Shown here: piece by piece, positions 1 through 14,339 of the stretch
Layout of the letters: every line of letters starts with the position of its first letter
Position numbering within the stretch: position 1 is the first letter of the stretch
From: Eledone cirrhosa
Lineage: Eukaryota
Assembly: GCA_964016885.1 (NCBI GenBank)
Contig: OZ024742.1
Coordinates: forward strand, 347,572,001 to 347,636,000
Reading direction: 5' to 3'
Length of the DNA stretch: 64,000 nucleotides
Position numbers and translations under genes: made by a program
Notes under the pieces: model-generated
Seen by the model: only the letters and a program-made list of their open reading frames with translations
Told to the model about the DNA's origin: nothing
Database searches by the model: none

Positions 1-3000
1 CAGTCTTCTCTCATCCCATCACATCTCTATATCAGTCTTCTCTCACCCCATCACATCTCTATATCACAGTCTTCTCTCATCTCATCACATCTCTATATCA
101 CAGTCTTCTCTCACCCCATCACATCTCTATAACACAGTCTTCTCTCATCCCATCACATCTCTATATCACAGTCTTCTCTCATCCCATCACATCTCTATAT
201 CACAGTCTTCTCTCACCCCATCACATCTCTATATCACAGTCATCTCTCACCCCATCACATCTCTATATCAGTCTTCTCTCACCCCATCACATCTCTATAT
301 CACAGTCTTCTCTCACCCCATCACATCTCTATATCACAGTCATCTCTCACCCCATAACATCTCTATATCAGTCTTCTCTCACCCCATCACATCTCTATAT
401 CACAGTCTTCTCTCACCCCATCACATCTCTATATCACAGTCATCTCTCACCCCATCACATCTCTATATCAGACTTCTCTCACCCCATGACATCTCTATAT
501 CACAGTCTTCTCTCACCCCATCACATCTCTATAACACAGTCTTCTCTCACCCCATCACATCTCTATATCAGTCTTCTCTCATCCCATCACATCTCTATAT
601 CAGTCTTCTCTCACCCCATCACATCTCTATATCACAGTCTTCTCTCACCCCATCACATCTCTATATCACAGTCTTCCCTCACCCCATCACATCTCTATAT
701 CAGTCTTCTCTCATCCCATCACATCTCTATATCAGTCTTCTCTCACCCCATCACATCTCTATATCAGTCTTCCCTCACCCCATCACATCTCTATATCAGT
801 CTTCTCTCACCCCATCACATCTCTATATCAGTCTTCTCTCACCCCATCACATCTCTATATCACAGTCTTCTCTCACCCCATCACATCTCTATATCAGTCT
901 TCTCTCACCCCATCACATCTCTATATCAGTCTTCTCTCACCCCATCACATCTCTATATCACAGTCTTCCCTCACCCCATCACATCTCTATATCAGTCTTC
1001 TCTCACCCCATCACATCTCTATATCACAGTCTTCTCTCACCCCATCACATCTCTATATCACAGTCTTCTCTCACCCCATCACATCTCTATATTACAGTCT
1101 TCTCTCACCCCATCACATCTCTATATCACAGTCTTCTCTCATCCCATCACATCTCTATATCACAGTCTTCTCTCACCCCATCACATCTCTATATCAGTCT
1201 TCTCTCACCCCATCACATCTCTATATCACAGTCTTCTCTCACCCCATCACATCTCTATATCAGTCTTCCCTCACGCCATCACATCTCTATATCACAGTCT
1301 TCCCTCACCCCATCACATCTCTATATCAGTCTTCTCTCACCCCATCACATCTCTATATCACAGTCTTCTCTCACCCCATCACATCTCTATATCAGTCTTC
1401 TCTCACCCCATCACATCTCTATATCACAGTCTTCTCTCACCCCATCACATCTCTATATCAGTCTTCTCTCACCCCATCACATCTCTATAACACAGTCTTC
1501 TCTCACCCCATCACATCTCTATATCACAGTCTTCTCTCACCCCATCACATCTCTATATCAGTCTTCTCTCACCCCATCACATCTCTATATCACAGTCTTC
1601 TCTCACCCCATCACATCTCTATATCAGTCTTCTCTCACCCCATCACATCTCTATATCACAGTCTTCTCTCACCCCATAACATCTCTATAACACAGTCTTC
1701 TCTCACCCCATCACATCTCTATAACACAGTCTTCTCTCACCCCATCACATCTCTATATCACAGTCTTCTCTCACCCCATCACATCTCTATATCACAGTCT
1801 TCTCTCACCCCATCACATCTCTATATCACAGTCTTCTCTCACCCCATCACATCTCTATATCAGTCTTCTCTCATCCCATCACATCTCTATATCAGTCTTC
1901 TCTCACCCCATCACATCTCTATATCACAGTCTTCTCTCATCTCATCACATCTCTATATCACAGTCTTCTCTCACCCCATCACATCTCTATATCACAGTCT
2001 TCTCTCATCCCATCACATCTCTATATCACAGTCTTCTCTCATCCCATTACATCTCTATATCACAGTCTTCTCTCACCCCATCACATCTCTATATCACAGT
2101 CATCTCTCACCCCATCACATCTCTATATCAGTCTTCTCTCACCCCATCACATCTCTATATCACAGTCTTCTCTCACCCCATCACATCTCTATATCACAGT
2201 CATCTCTCACCCCATAACATCTCTATATCAGTCTTCTGTCACCCCATCACATCTCTATATCACAGTCTTCTCTCACCCCATCACATCTCTATATCACAGT
2301 CATCTCTCACCCCATCACATCTCTATATCAGTCTTCTCTCACCCCATCACATCTCTATATCACAGTCTTCTCTCACCCCATCACATCTCTATAACACAGT
2401 CTTCTCTCACCCCATCACATCTCTATATCAGTCTTCTCTCATCCCATCACATCTCTATATCAGTCTTCTCTCACCCCATCACATCTCTATATCACAGTCT
2501 TCTCTCACCCCATCACATCTCTATATCACAGTCTTCCCTCACCCCATCACATCTCTATATCAGTCTTCTCTCATCCCATCACATCTCTATATCAGTCTTC
2601 TCTCACCCCATCACATCTCTATATCAGTCTTCCCTCACCCCATCACATCTCTATATCACAGTCATCTCTCACCCCATCACATCTCTATATCAGTCTTCTC
2701 TCACCCCATCACATCTCTATATCACAGTCTTCTCTCACCCCATCACATCTCTATAACACAGTCTTCTCTCACCCCATCACATCTCTATATCAGTCTTCTC
2801 TCATCCCATCACATCTCTATATCAGTCTTCTCTCACCCCATCACATCTTTATATCACAGTCTTCTCTCACCCCATCACATCTCTATATCACAGTCTTCCC
2901 TCACCCCATCACATCTCTATATCAGTCTTCTCTCATCCCATCACATCTCTATATCAGTCTTCTCTCACCCCATCACATCTCTATATCAGTCTTCTCTCAC

Positions 3001-6000
3001 CCCATCACATCTCTATATCACAGTCTTCTCTCACCCCATCACATCTCTATATCAGTCTTCTCTCACCCCATCACATCTCTATATCAGTCTTCTCTCACCC
3101 CATCACATCTCTATATCACAGTCTTCCCTCACCCCATCACATCTCTATATCAGTCTTCTCTCACCCCATCACATCTCTATATCACAGTCTTCTCTCACCC
3201 CATCACATCTCTATATCACAGTCTTCTCTCACCCCATTACATCTCTATATTACAGTCTTCTCTCACCCCATCACATCTCTATATCACAGTCTTCTCTCAT
3301 CCCATCACATCTCTATATCACAGTCTTCTCTCACCCCATCACATCTCTATATCAGTCTTCTCTCACCCCATCACATCTCTATATCACAGTCTTCTCTCAC
3401 CCCATCACATCTCTATATCAGTCTTCCCTCACGCCATCACATCTCTATATCACAGTCTTCTCTCACCCCATCACATCTCTATATCAGTCTTCTCTCACCC
3501 CATCACATCTCTATATCACAGTCTTCTCTCACCCCATCACATCTCTATATCAGTCTTCTCTCACCCCATCACATCTCTATATCACAGTCTTCTCTCACCC
3601 CATCACATCTCTATATCAGTCTTCTCTCACCCCGTCACATCTCTATATCACAGTCTTCTCTCACCCCATCACATCTCTATAACACAGTCTTCTCTCACCC
3701 CATCACATCTCTATATCACAGTCTTCTCTCACCCCATCACATCTCTATATCAGTCTTCTCTCACCCCATCACATCTCTATATCACAGTCTTCTCTCACCC
3801 CATCACATCTCTATATCAGTGTTCTCTCACCCCATCACATCTCTATATCACAGTCTTCTCTCACCCCATCACATCTCTATATCACAGTCTTCTCTCACCC
3901 CATCACATCTCTATAACAGTCTTCTCTCACCCCATCACATCTCTATATCACAGTCTTCTCTCATCCCATCACATCTCTATATCACAGTCTTCTCTCATCC
4001 CATCACATCTCTATATCACAGTCTTCTCTCATCCCATCACATCTCTATATCACAGTCTTCTCTCACCCCATCACATCTCTATAACAGTCTTCTCTCACCC
4101 CATCACATCTCTATAACACAGTCTTCTCTCACCCCATCACATCTCTATATCACAGTCTTCTCTCACCCCATCACATCTCTATATCAGTCTTCTCTCACCC
4201 CGTCACATCTCTATATCACAGTCTTCTCTCACCCCATCACATCTCTATAACACAGTCTTCTCTCACCCCATCACATCTCTATATCACAGTCTTCTCTCAC
4301 CCCATCACATCTCTATATCAGTCTTCTCTCACCCCATCACATCTCTATATCACAGTCTTCTCTCACCCCATCACATCTCTATATCACAGTCTTCTCTCAC
4401 CCCATCACATCTCTATATCAGTCTTCTCTCATCCCATCACATCTGTATAACACAGTCTTCTCTCACCCCATCACATCTCTATATCACAGTCTTCTCTCAC
4501 CCCATCACATCTCTATATAAGTCTTCTCTCACCCCATCACATCTCTATATCAGTCTTCTCTCACCCCATCACATCTCTATATCACAGTCTTCTCTCACCC
4601 CATCACATCTCTATATCACAGTCTTCTCTCACCCCATCACATCTCTATAACAGTCTTCTCTCACCCCATCACATCTCTATATCACAGTCTTCTCTCATCC
4701 CATCACATCTCTATATCACAGTCTTCTCTCATCCCATCACATCTCTATATCACAGTCTTCTCTCATCCCATCACATCTCTATATCACAGTCTTCTCTCAC
4801 CCCATCACATCTCTATAACAGTCTTCTCTCACCCCATCACATCTCTATAACACAGTCTTCTCTCACCCCATCACATCTCTATATCACAGTCTTCTCTCAC
4901 CCCATCACATCTCTATATCAGTCTTCTCTCACCCCGTCACATCTCTATATCACAGTCTTCTCTCACCCCATCACATCTCTATAACACAGTCTTCTCTCAC
5001 CCCATCACATCTCTATATCACAGTCTTCTCTCACCCCATCACATCTCTATATCAGTCTTCTCTCACCCCATCACATCTCTATATCACAGTCTTCTCTCAC
5101 CCCATCACATCTCTATATCACAGTCTTCTCTCACCCCATCACATCTCTATATCAGTCTTCTCTCATCCCATCACATCTCTATAACACAGTCTTCTCTCAC
5201 CCCATCACATCTCTATATCACAGTCTTCTCTCACCCCATCACATCTCTATAACACAGTCTTCTCTCACCCCATCACATCTCTATATCACAATCTTCTCTC
5301 ATCCCATCACATCTCTATATCACAGTCTTCTCTCACCCCATCACATCTCTATATCAGTCTTCTCTCACCCCGTCACATCTCTATATCACAGTCTTCTCTC
5401 ACCCCATCACATCTCTATAACACAGTCTTCTCTCACCCCATCACATCTCTATATCACAGTCTTCTCTCACCCCATCACATCTCTATATCAGTCTTCTCTC
5501 ACCCCATCACATCTCTATATCACAGTCTTCTCTCACCCCATCACATCTCTATATCACAGTCTTCTCTCACCCCTTCACATCTCTATATCAGTCTTCTCTC
5601 ATCCCATCACATCTCTATAACACAGTCTTCTCTCACCCCATCACATCTCTATATCACAGTCTTCTCTCACCCCATCACATCTCTATATCAGTCTTCTCTC
5701 ACCCCGTCACATCTCTATATCACAGTCTTCTCTCACCCCATCACATCTCTATAACACAGTCTTCTCTCACCCCATCACATCTCTATATCACAGTCTTCTC
5801 TCACCCCATCACATCTCTATAACACAGTGTTCTCTCACCCCATCACATCTCTATATCACAGTCTTCTCTCACCCCATCACATCTCTATAACACAGTCTTC
5901 TCTCACCCCATCACATCTCTATATCACAGTCTTCTCTCACCCCATCACATCTCTATATCACAGTCTTCTCTCACCCCATCACATCTCTATATCAGTCTTC

Positions 6001-9000
6001 TCTCACCCCATCACATCTCTATATCACAGTCTTCTCTCACCCCATCACATCTCTATATCACAGTCTTCTCTCACCCCATCACATCTCTATATCAGTCTTC
6101 TCTCACCCCATCACATCTCTATATCACAGTCTTCTCTCACCCCATCACATCTCTATATCACAGTCTTCTCTCACCCCATTACATCTCTATATTACAGTCT
6201 TCTCTCACCCCATCACATCTCTATATCACAGTCTTCTCTCATCCCATCACATCTCTATATCACAGTCTTCTCTCACCCCATCACATCTCTATATCAGTCT
6301 TCTCTCACCCCATCACATCTCTATATCACAGTCTTCTCTCACCCCATCACATCTCTATATCAGTCTTCCCTCACGCCATCACATCTCTATATCACAGTCT
6401 TCTCTCACCCCATCACATCTCTATATCAGTCTTCTCTCACCCCATCACATCTCTATATCACAGTCTTCTCTCACCCCATCACATCTCTATATCAGTCTTC
6501 TCTCACCCCATCACATCTCTATATCACAGTCTTCTCTCACCCCATCACATCTCTATATCAGTCTTCTCTCACCCCGTCACATCTCTATATCACAGTCTTC
6601 TCTCACCCCATCACATCTCTATAACACAGTCTTCTCTCACCCCATCACATCTCTATATCACAGTCTTCTCTCACCCCATCACATCTCTATATCAGTCTTC
6701 TCTCACCCCATCACATCTCTATATCACAGTCTTCTCTCACCCCATCACATCTCTATATCAGTGTTCTCTCACCCCATCACATCTCTATATCACAGTCTTC
6801 TCTCACCCCATCACATCTCTATATCACAGTCTTCTCTCACCCCATCACATCTCTATAACAGTCTTCTCTCACCCCATCACATCTCTATATCACAGTCTTC
6901 TCTCATCCCATCACATCTCTATATCACAGTCTTCTCTCATCCCATCACATCTCTATATCACAGTCTTCTCTCATCCCATCACATCTCTATATCACAGTCT
7001 TCTCTCACCCCATCACATCTCTATAACAGTCTTCTCTCACCCCATCACATCTCTATAACACAGTCTTCTCTCACCCCATCACATCTCTATATCACAGTCT
7101 TCTCTCACCCCATCACATCTCTATATCAGTCTTCTCTCACCCCGTCACATCTCTATATCACAGTCTTCTCTCACCCCATCACATCTCTATAACACAGTCT
7201 TCTCTCACCCCATCACATCTCTATATCACAGTCTTCTCTCACCCCATCACATCTCTATATCAGTCTTCTCTCACCCCATCACATCTCTATATCACAGTCT
7301 TCTCTCACCCCATCACATCTCTATATCACAGTCTTCTCTCACCCCATCACATCTCTATATCAGTCTTCTCTCATCCCATCACATCTGTATAACACAGTCT
7401 TCTCTCACCCCATCACATCTCTATATCACAGTCTTCTCTCACCCCATCACATCTCTATATAAGTCTTCTCTCACCCCATCACATCTCTATATCAGTCTTC
7501 TCTCACCCCATCACATCTCTATATCACAGTCTTCTCTCACCCCATCACATCTCTATATCACAGTCTTCTCTCACCCCATCACATCTCTATAACAGTCTTC
7601 TCTCACCCCATCACATCTCTATATCACAGTCTTCTCTCATCCCATCACATCTCTATATCACAGTCTTCTCTCATCCCATCACATCTCTATATCACAGTCT
7701 TCTCTCATCCCATCACATCTCTATATCACAGTCTTCTCTCACCCCATCACATCTCTATAACAGTCTTCTCTCACCCCATCACATCTCTATAACACAGTCT
7801 TCTCTCACCCCATCACATCTCTATATCACAGTCTTCTCTCACCCCATCACATCTCTATATCAGTCTTCTCTCACCCCGTCACATCTCTATATCACAGTCT
7901 TCTCTCACCCCATCACATCTCTATAACACAGTCTTCTCTCACCCCATCACATCTCTATATCACAGTCTTCTCTCACCCCATCACATCTCTATATCAGTCT
8001 TCTCTCACCCCATCACATCTCTATATCACAGTCTTCTCTCACCCCATCACATCTCTATATCACAGTCTTCTCTCACCCCATCACATCTCTATATCAGTCT
8101 TCTCTCATCCCATCACATCTCTATAACACAGTCTTCTCTCACCCCATCACATCTCTATATCACAGTCTTCTCTCACCCCATCACATCTCTATAACACAGT
8201 CTTCTCTCACCCCATCACATCTCTATATCACAATCTTCTCTCATCCCATCACATCTCTATATCACAGTCTTCTCTCACCCCATCACATCTCTATATCAGT
8301 CTTCTCTCACCCCGTCACATCTCTATATCACAGTCTTCTCTCACCCCATCACATCTCTATAACACAGTCTTCTCTCACCCCATCACATCTCTATATCACA
8401 GTCTTCTCTCACCCCATCACATCTCTATATCAGTCTTCTCTCACCCCATCACATCTCTATATCACAGTCTTCTCTCACCCCATCACATCTCTATATCACA
8501 GTCTTCTCTCACCCCTTCACATCTCTATATCAGTCTTCTCTCATCCCATCACATCTCTATAACACAGTCTTCTCTCACCCCATCACATCTCTATATCACA
8601 GTCTTCTCTCACCCCATCACATCTCTATATCAGTCTTCTCTCACCCCGTCACATCTCTATATCACAGTCTTCTCTCACCCCATCACATCTCTATAACACA
8701 GTCTTCTCTCACCCCATCACATCTCTATATCACAGTCTTCTCTCACCCCATCACATCTCTATAACACAGTGTTCTCTCACCCCATCACATCTCTATATCA
8801 CAGTCTTCTCTCACCCCATCACATCTCTATAACACAGTCTTCTCTCACCCCATCACATCTCTATATCACAGTCTTCTCTCACCCCATCACATCTCTATAT
8901 CACAGTCTTCTCTCACCCCATCACATCTCTATATCAGTCTTCTCTCACCCCATCACATCTCTATATCACAGTCTTCTCTCACCCCATCACATCTCTATAT

Positions 9001-9755
9001 CACAGTCTTCTCTCACCCCATCACATCTCTATATCAGTCTTCTCTCACCCCATCACATCTCTATATCACAGTCTTCTCTCACCCCATCACATCTCTATAT
9101 CACAGTCTTCTCTCACCCCATCACATCTCTATATCAGTCTTCTCTCACCCCATCACATCTCTATATCACAGTCTTCTCTCACCCCATCACATCTCTATAT
9201 CACAGTCTTCTCTCACCCCATCACATCTCTATATCACAGTCTTCTCTCACCCCATCACATCTCTATAACACAGTCTTCTCTCACCCCATCACATCTCTAT
9301 AACACAGTCTTCTCTCACCCCATCACATCTCTATATCACAGTCTTCTCTCACCCCATCACATCTCTATATCACAGTCTTCTCTCACCCCATCACATCTCT
9401 ATAACACAGTCTTCTCTCACCCCATCACATCTCTATAACACAGTCTTCTCTCACCCCATCACATCTCTATATCATAGTCTTCTCTCACCCCATCACATCT
9501 CTATATCAGTCTTCTCTCACCCCATCACATCTCTATATCACAGTCTTCTCTCACCCCATCACATCTCTATATCACAGTCTTCTCTCACCCCATCACATCT
9601 CTATATCACAGTCTTCTCTCACCCCATCACATCTCTATATCACAGTCTTCTCTCACCCCTTCACATCTCTATAACACAGTCTTCTCTCAGCCCATCACAT
9701 CTCTATATCACAGTCTTCTCTCACCCCATCACATCTCTATATCACAGTCTTCTCT
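1..9755. repeat. 29/31-bp tandem satellite with higher-order repeats (runs off the window start)
   Basis: Unit CAGTCTTCTCTCACCCCATCACATCTCTATAT(CA), with or without one CA. Rare variants recur at 1860-bp and 2942-bp spacing. Confidence 0.98.
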
Positions 9756-9890
9756 ACAGACTGTACAGCTTGTATACCTACTGTACTGTTGTATACCGAC
9801 TGTATTGGTGTATACAGATTGTACTGGTGTATAGAAGCTGTACAGGTGTATTGAAGCTGTACAGGTTTTATACAGACTGTACAGGTGTGT
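9756..9890. repeat. degenerate ~19-20-bp tandem repeat
   Basis: TACAGACTGTACAGGTGTA-like units between the satellite and the exon. Confidence 0.7.
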
Positions 9891-9896
9891 TCATAC

Positions 9897-9977
9897 CTTT
9901 AAAACTGAAGCACCAATAATACGATCAAGGGGTTTCATTAACTCTCCATCAAGCACCAAGTCCTTTTGACCAGGAAT
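9897..9977 (-). CDS. VPS33B: VPS33B-like (Sec1/Munc18 family) coding exon 2
   Basis: 81 nt, tttag| acceptor and |gtatga donor. Translates IPGQKDLVLDGELMKPLDRIIGASVLK, matching vertebrate VPS33B [27 protein letters not shown] as I recall it. Confidence 0.88.
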
Positions 9978-10049
9978 CTAAATTTTAAAGAAAATATATA
10001 GAACTTGAATGAAATGATATTTTTATAAACTATTTCAGTGAATTAGAGA

Positions 10050-10705
10050 TGTCTCTATATGTATATCTGTGTATATGTATATTGGTGTATATGTATGTAT
10101 ATGTGTGTGTGTGTGTATGTATATGTGTATGTGTGTGTATATGTATATATGAGTATATGTGTATATATATGTATATATATCTAAGTATGTGTGTGTATAA
10201 GTATATCTGAGTATGTGTGTGTATATATATCTGAGTATGTGTGTGTATATGTATATTTGTGTATGTGTGTGTATATATATACATTAATCTGAGTATATGT
10301 ATGTTTGAGTATATGTGTGCATATGCATGTGTGTATATATATCTGAGTATAAGTGTGTATATATTCATAAATATGTGTGTGTATATGTTTATCTGAGTAT
10401 ATGCGTGTATATGTATATCTTTTTATGTGTGTATATGTATATCTGAGTATGTGTGTATATGTTTATCTGTGTATATATGTGTATATGTTTATCTGTGTAT
10501 ATATGTTTATCTGTGTATGTGTGTGTATATGTTTATCTGTGTATGTGTGTATATGTTTATCTGTGTATGTGTGTGTATATGTTTATCTGTGTATGTGTGT
10601 ATATGTTTATCTGTGTATGTGTGTATATGTTTATCTGTGTATGTGTGTACATGTTTATCTGTGTATGTGTGTGTATATGTATACCTGTGTTTGTGTGTGT
10701 ATATA
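10050..10705. repeat. compound (TA/TG) microsatellite with TGTTTATCTGTGTATG units
   Basis: Low-complexity tract; its right part recurs at 49130-49502. Confidence 0.9.
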
Positions 10706-13119
10706 TCATCATCATCATCCTCATTTAACGTCCACTTTCCACATTAGCATGGGTTGTCCCACTTGAGGCAAGGTTGGTCGGGTGACCGTGTCTCGCCCAT
10801 ATAGGACTGTCTGGCCGGTTTTCTACAGCTGGATGCCCTTCCTAACACCAACCACATTTACAGTGTGGAACTGGGAACTTTTTACTGTTACCTACACGGC
10901 CACATTACAGCGTGGACTGTGTGTTTTTTTCTCGTGACACCTACACGATCTCGATCTCGATCTCATTTATCTCATTTATTTGGACTGGATGTTGTGGTAC
11001 CAACTTTATAGAGGGGGGGATAGGGTAGGGGTAGTGGATTGGGGTGTATATTTGGTTAAGAGGTGCCTACTGACTGTAGGTTTGGCTTTGTACATAGGCA
11101 AGGCGGGTCTTCTGTATTACTGTGTGATGCCAAAGATCTCAGTCCAGTGACATTGTCTTAGAGAGGTGTAAGTGTGTAAGGTCGGAATTTATCAGATCGT
11201 CCCAGGTTTTTCTGGGTCTACCTACTATGTAACTACCATCAATTTTGATCGCCCTGCACTTTTTTATACAGCTGTCGTCTTTCATGCGCATCACGTGACC
11301 ATACCAACGTAGTCTTCTCTCGAGTAAACAGCATCTAATCCCTCTTATTCCTAATTTCTCACTTAGTTCATTTATGCTTTGCCGTTCACGTATATTACTA
11401 TTACACATCCAACGGAGCATGCATGCTTCGTTCCTTTCCAGTCTGCGCATGTCCTCTGCATGCAATGCCCATGTCTCACTGCCATGTAGCATTGCTGTTT
11501 GTATACAAGCATCATACAATCTGCCTTTCATTTTTAGAGAGAAACCTTTTGTGGCCAACAGCGGTATCAGCTTTCTGAACTTTTTCCATCCCATTCTGAC
11601 TCTGGCTACTGTACTTTCAGAACACCGTCCACCACTGCTGATTTCGTCACCCAGGTAACGGAAAGTGTCTACTATTTCTATAGAACCATCTGGGCAATAG
11701 AAGGCGCTAGTATCCTGTGGACACTTGCTACCTATTGCACCTGAGCATCGGCCACATATAAAGTCTACCTTCTTAGATAGTTTACCTGTGATCCCATTAC
11801 ATCTTTTATGTACCCATACTTTGCATTTGGGACATAAAATTGAATTTCTGCCTACTCCTTTCCTACACACTGAGCAAGGCCATTTCCCTGAGGGTACCTG
11901 TGCCTTATTTTCCTTTCTACAAACTAGGACTTTAGTCTTAGACAAGTTAACTTTAAGGCCTTTTGATTCTAGGCCATGCTTCCATGTTTGGAATTTCTTT
12001 CCTAGTTCAGCCATTGATTCAGCTATGAGCGTTAGATCATCTGCATATAGGAGCTCCCATGGGCAGCCGGTCTTGAACTCCTCTGTTATAGCCTGAAGGG
12101 CAATAATAAATAGGAGGGGGCTAAGGACAGAGCCTTGATGAACACCAACTTTTACACTAAATTCTTCACAATATTCATTGTTAATTCTAACCTTACTGAC
12201 TGTTTCATTATACATAGCTTGTATAGCTCTCACAAGCCATTCATCTACACCTAGTTTTCTAAGAGCCCACCAGATAATGGAGCGGGGGACTCTGTCAAAG
12301 GCTTTTTCCAGGTCTACAAAAGCTAAGTAGAGGGGTTTACTTTTAGCTAGGTAGTTCTCTTGTACTTGTCGTACAAGGAAAAGAGCGTCTATGGTACTTT
12401 TACCTGACACAAACCCAAACTGCATTTCATCTAGATCAATTCGCTCTCTGATTAGTTGCGCTATAACGCTTTCTGTGACCTTCATGACCTGGTCAATTAA
12501 CTTAATGCCTCTATAGTTTCCCCTATCTAGAGCATCCCCTTCACCCTTGTAGCAGTTAATGATGATGCTGCTACGCCAGTCTTTTGGTATGACCCCATTC
12601 TGTATTACTTGGTCAACTATACAGGTGACCATAGTATGTCCCACCATTCCAGATGCCTTCAACATCTCAGCAACTATCTCCGAAGGCCCAGCTGCTTTGC
12701 CTGTCTTCATATCTTTGATTGCCTTACTTATTATACTACCTTTAACTTGCACCGCTGGTCCTTCTATTGGATCGATTTGGGGCAGACTATCTTTTCCCCA
12801 CTTATTCTCCTCGTTTAATAGTCTCTCGTAGTGACACTTCCAGGCTATCTTCTTATCAGTATCAGTGAGGGCAAGTACACCGTTCTCATTATGGACACAT
12901 TTCTCCCCGACAATATCACGGTTTTCCTTGACACATTGTCTAACAATCCTGAACACCTCATATTTTGGGTCCTCACGTTGTAGAATATGCTTGAACTTTC
13001 TATCCTCTGCTACCCTTTTTGCAAGGTACACTTGTCTCCTAGCTTTTCTCCTGGCCACTTGATAGTGCTCACCACTTCCCCCATCTTGCCATACTTTCCA
13101 AAGCCTGCTTTTTCGCCTT
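10706..13119 (-). mobile_element. 5'-truncated RTE-clade LINE in VPS33B intron 1
   Basis: RT ORF 11139-13058 (FVDLEKAFD, GVHQGSVLSPLLF, YADD), 3' UTR and (GAT)n tail; premature TGA near the C-terminus. Confidence 0.95.
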
Positions 13120-13426
13120 ATGAATATATGCGTTATGAGGAGAGTCTTATATTTATGTGTGTTTATACATATATGTAAATGTGTATAACTTACATTTATG
13201 TGTGTGTATATTGTGTATATCTGTATTTGTGTGTAGCTGTTTATATGTGTGTAACTTATATTGATGTGTGTATATTTATGTATCTAATGACTAATGGTTA
13301 ACGACTAATAGTTAATGAGAAATGGTTAATGAATGATCTACTGTTTTAAAGTATCAAGTACCCAGTTGGATAATGGCCGCACTTGACTGATATCTTATCT
13401 TTTACTCTCTATTTCTATGTGTATAT

Positions 13427-13770
13427 GAAGGTGCATGGTTTAGTGGTTAGAGCATTGGGCTTGCAATTGGGAGGTTGTGAGTTTGATTCTCAGATCAGAT
13501 GATGTGTTGTGTTCTTGAACAAGACACTTTATTTCCCGTTGCTCCAATTCACTCAGCTGTAGAAATGAGTTGTGACGTCACTGGTGCCAAGCTGTATCGG
13601 CCATTGCCTTTCCCTTGGACAACATAGGTGGCATAGAGAGGGGAGACTGGTATACATGGGCGACTGCTGGTCTACCACAAACAACCTTACCCGGACTTGT
13701 CCCTCAGAGAGGAACTTTCTAGGTGCAAATCCCATGGTCATTCGTAACTGAAAGAGGTCTTTACCCTTTA
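13427..13770 (+). mobile_element. tRNA-derived SINE with CORE-like central domain
   Basis: A box TGGTTTAGTGG, B-box-like GTTTGATTC, then TGTGTTCTTGAACAAGACACTT; partial copies at 19690-19850 and 21172-21340. Confidence 0.8.
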
Positions 13771-13842
13771 TATGTATGTATAGACATGTAACTTCAGGGA
13801 AAATAGAATGTTAAATGATAATGATGATATATATATATATAT

Positions 13843-13955
13843 CATCATCGTTAACATCTTTTTTCCACACTAGCATGGGTTAGACGAGCTGTACCATTGT
13901 GAGGCAAGCCAGGTCAGAGGACCGTGTTTTGCTCACACAGAACTGATTTTGGCTT
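13843..13955 (-). mobile_element. RTE-type 3' tail fragment
   Basis: (CAT)n followed by TTCCACACTAGCATGGGTTAGACG, the same tail as the RTE copies. Confidence 0.7.
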
Positions 13956-14162
13956 ATATATGAAATGTCGTTAAGACAGGGTTACTTTTAGATAATTGTT
14001 TTATTACATAATATAAATTTCAATCACGTTTACACAGTGGTTATTAACAGTTTCCATGTGACATCATCAGACGTTCATACAATTATGAGGTGTCGTTATG
14101 CAAGTATGCGGATATGTCACCGGTAACGTGTTACCATTTTGGTGTGGCACTATAGCAAAAAT

Positions 14163-14228
14163 GGATCTGTGGCCTAACGGATAAGGCGTCGACCTCTAGA
14201 GCTGAAGATTATGGGTTCAAGTCCCATA
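14163..14228 (+). pseudogene. tRNA-Arg-like pseudogene lacking the 3' acceptor strand
   Basis: GTGGCCTAACGGATAAGGCG D-arm and ATGGGTTCAAGTCCCAT T-arm; anticodon loop CTCTAGA. Confidence 0.7.
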
Positions 14229-14339
14229 ACTTTCCTGATTTCTCCAATACATCATTTCTGATTTGTGTGTATGTGTTATTTATACGGTAGGGTCCGGCTT
14301 ATATAATACAGTGAGTGTTTGACTGTAGTCAAACCAACA

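Noticed and set aside
486-9302. Long S/H/I-rich ORFs in the satellite
   Set aside because: They are translations of a stop-poor tandem repeat, antisense to the host intron.
14040-14078. Minus-strand CUGAUGA..GAAA motif
   Set aside because: Stems I and II do not pair convincingly.
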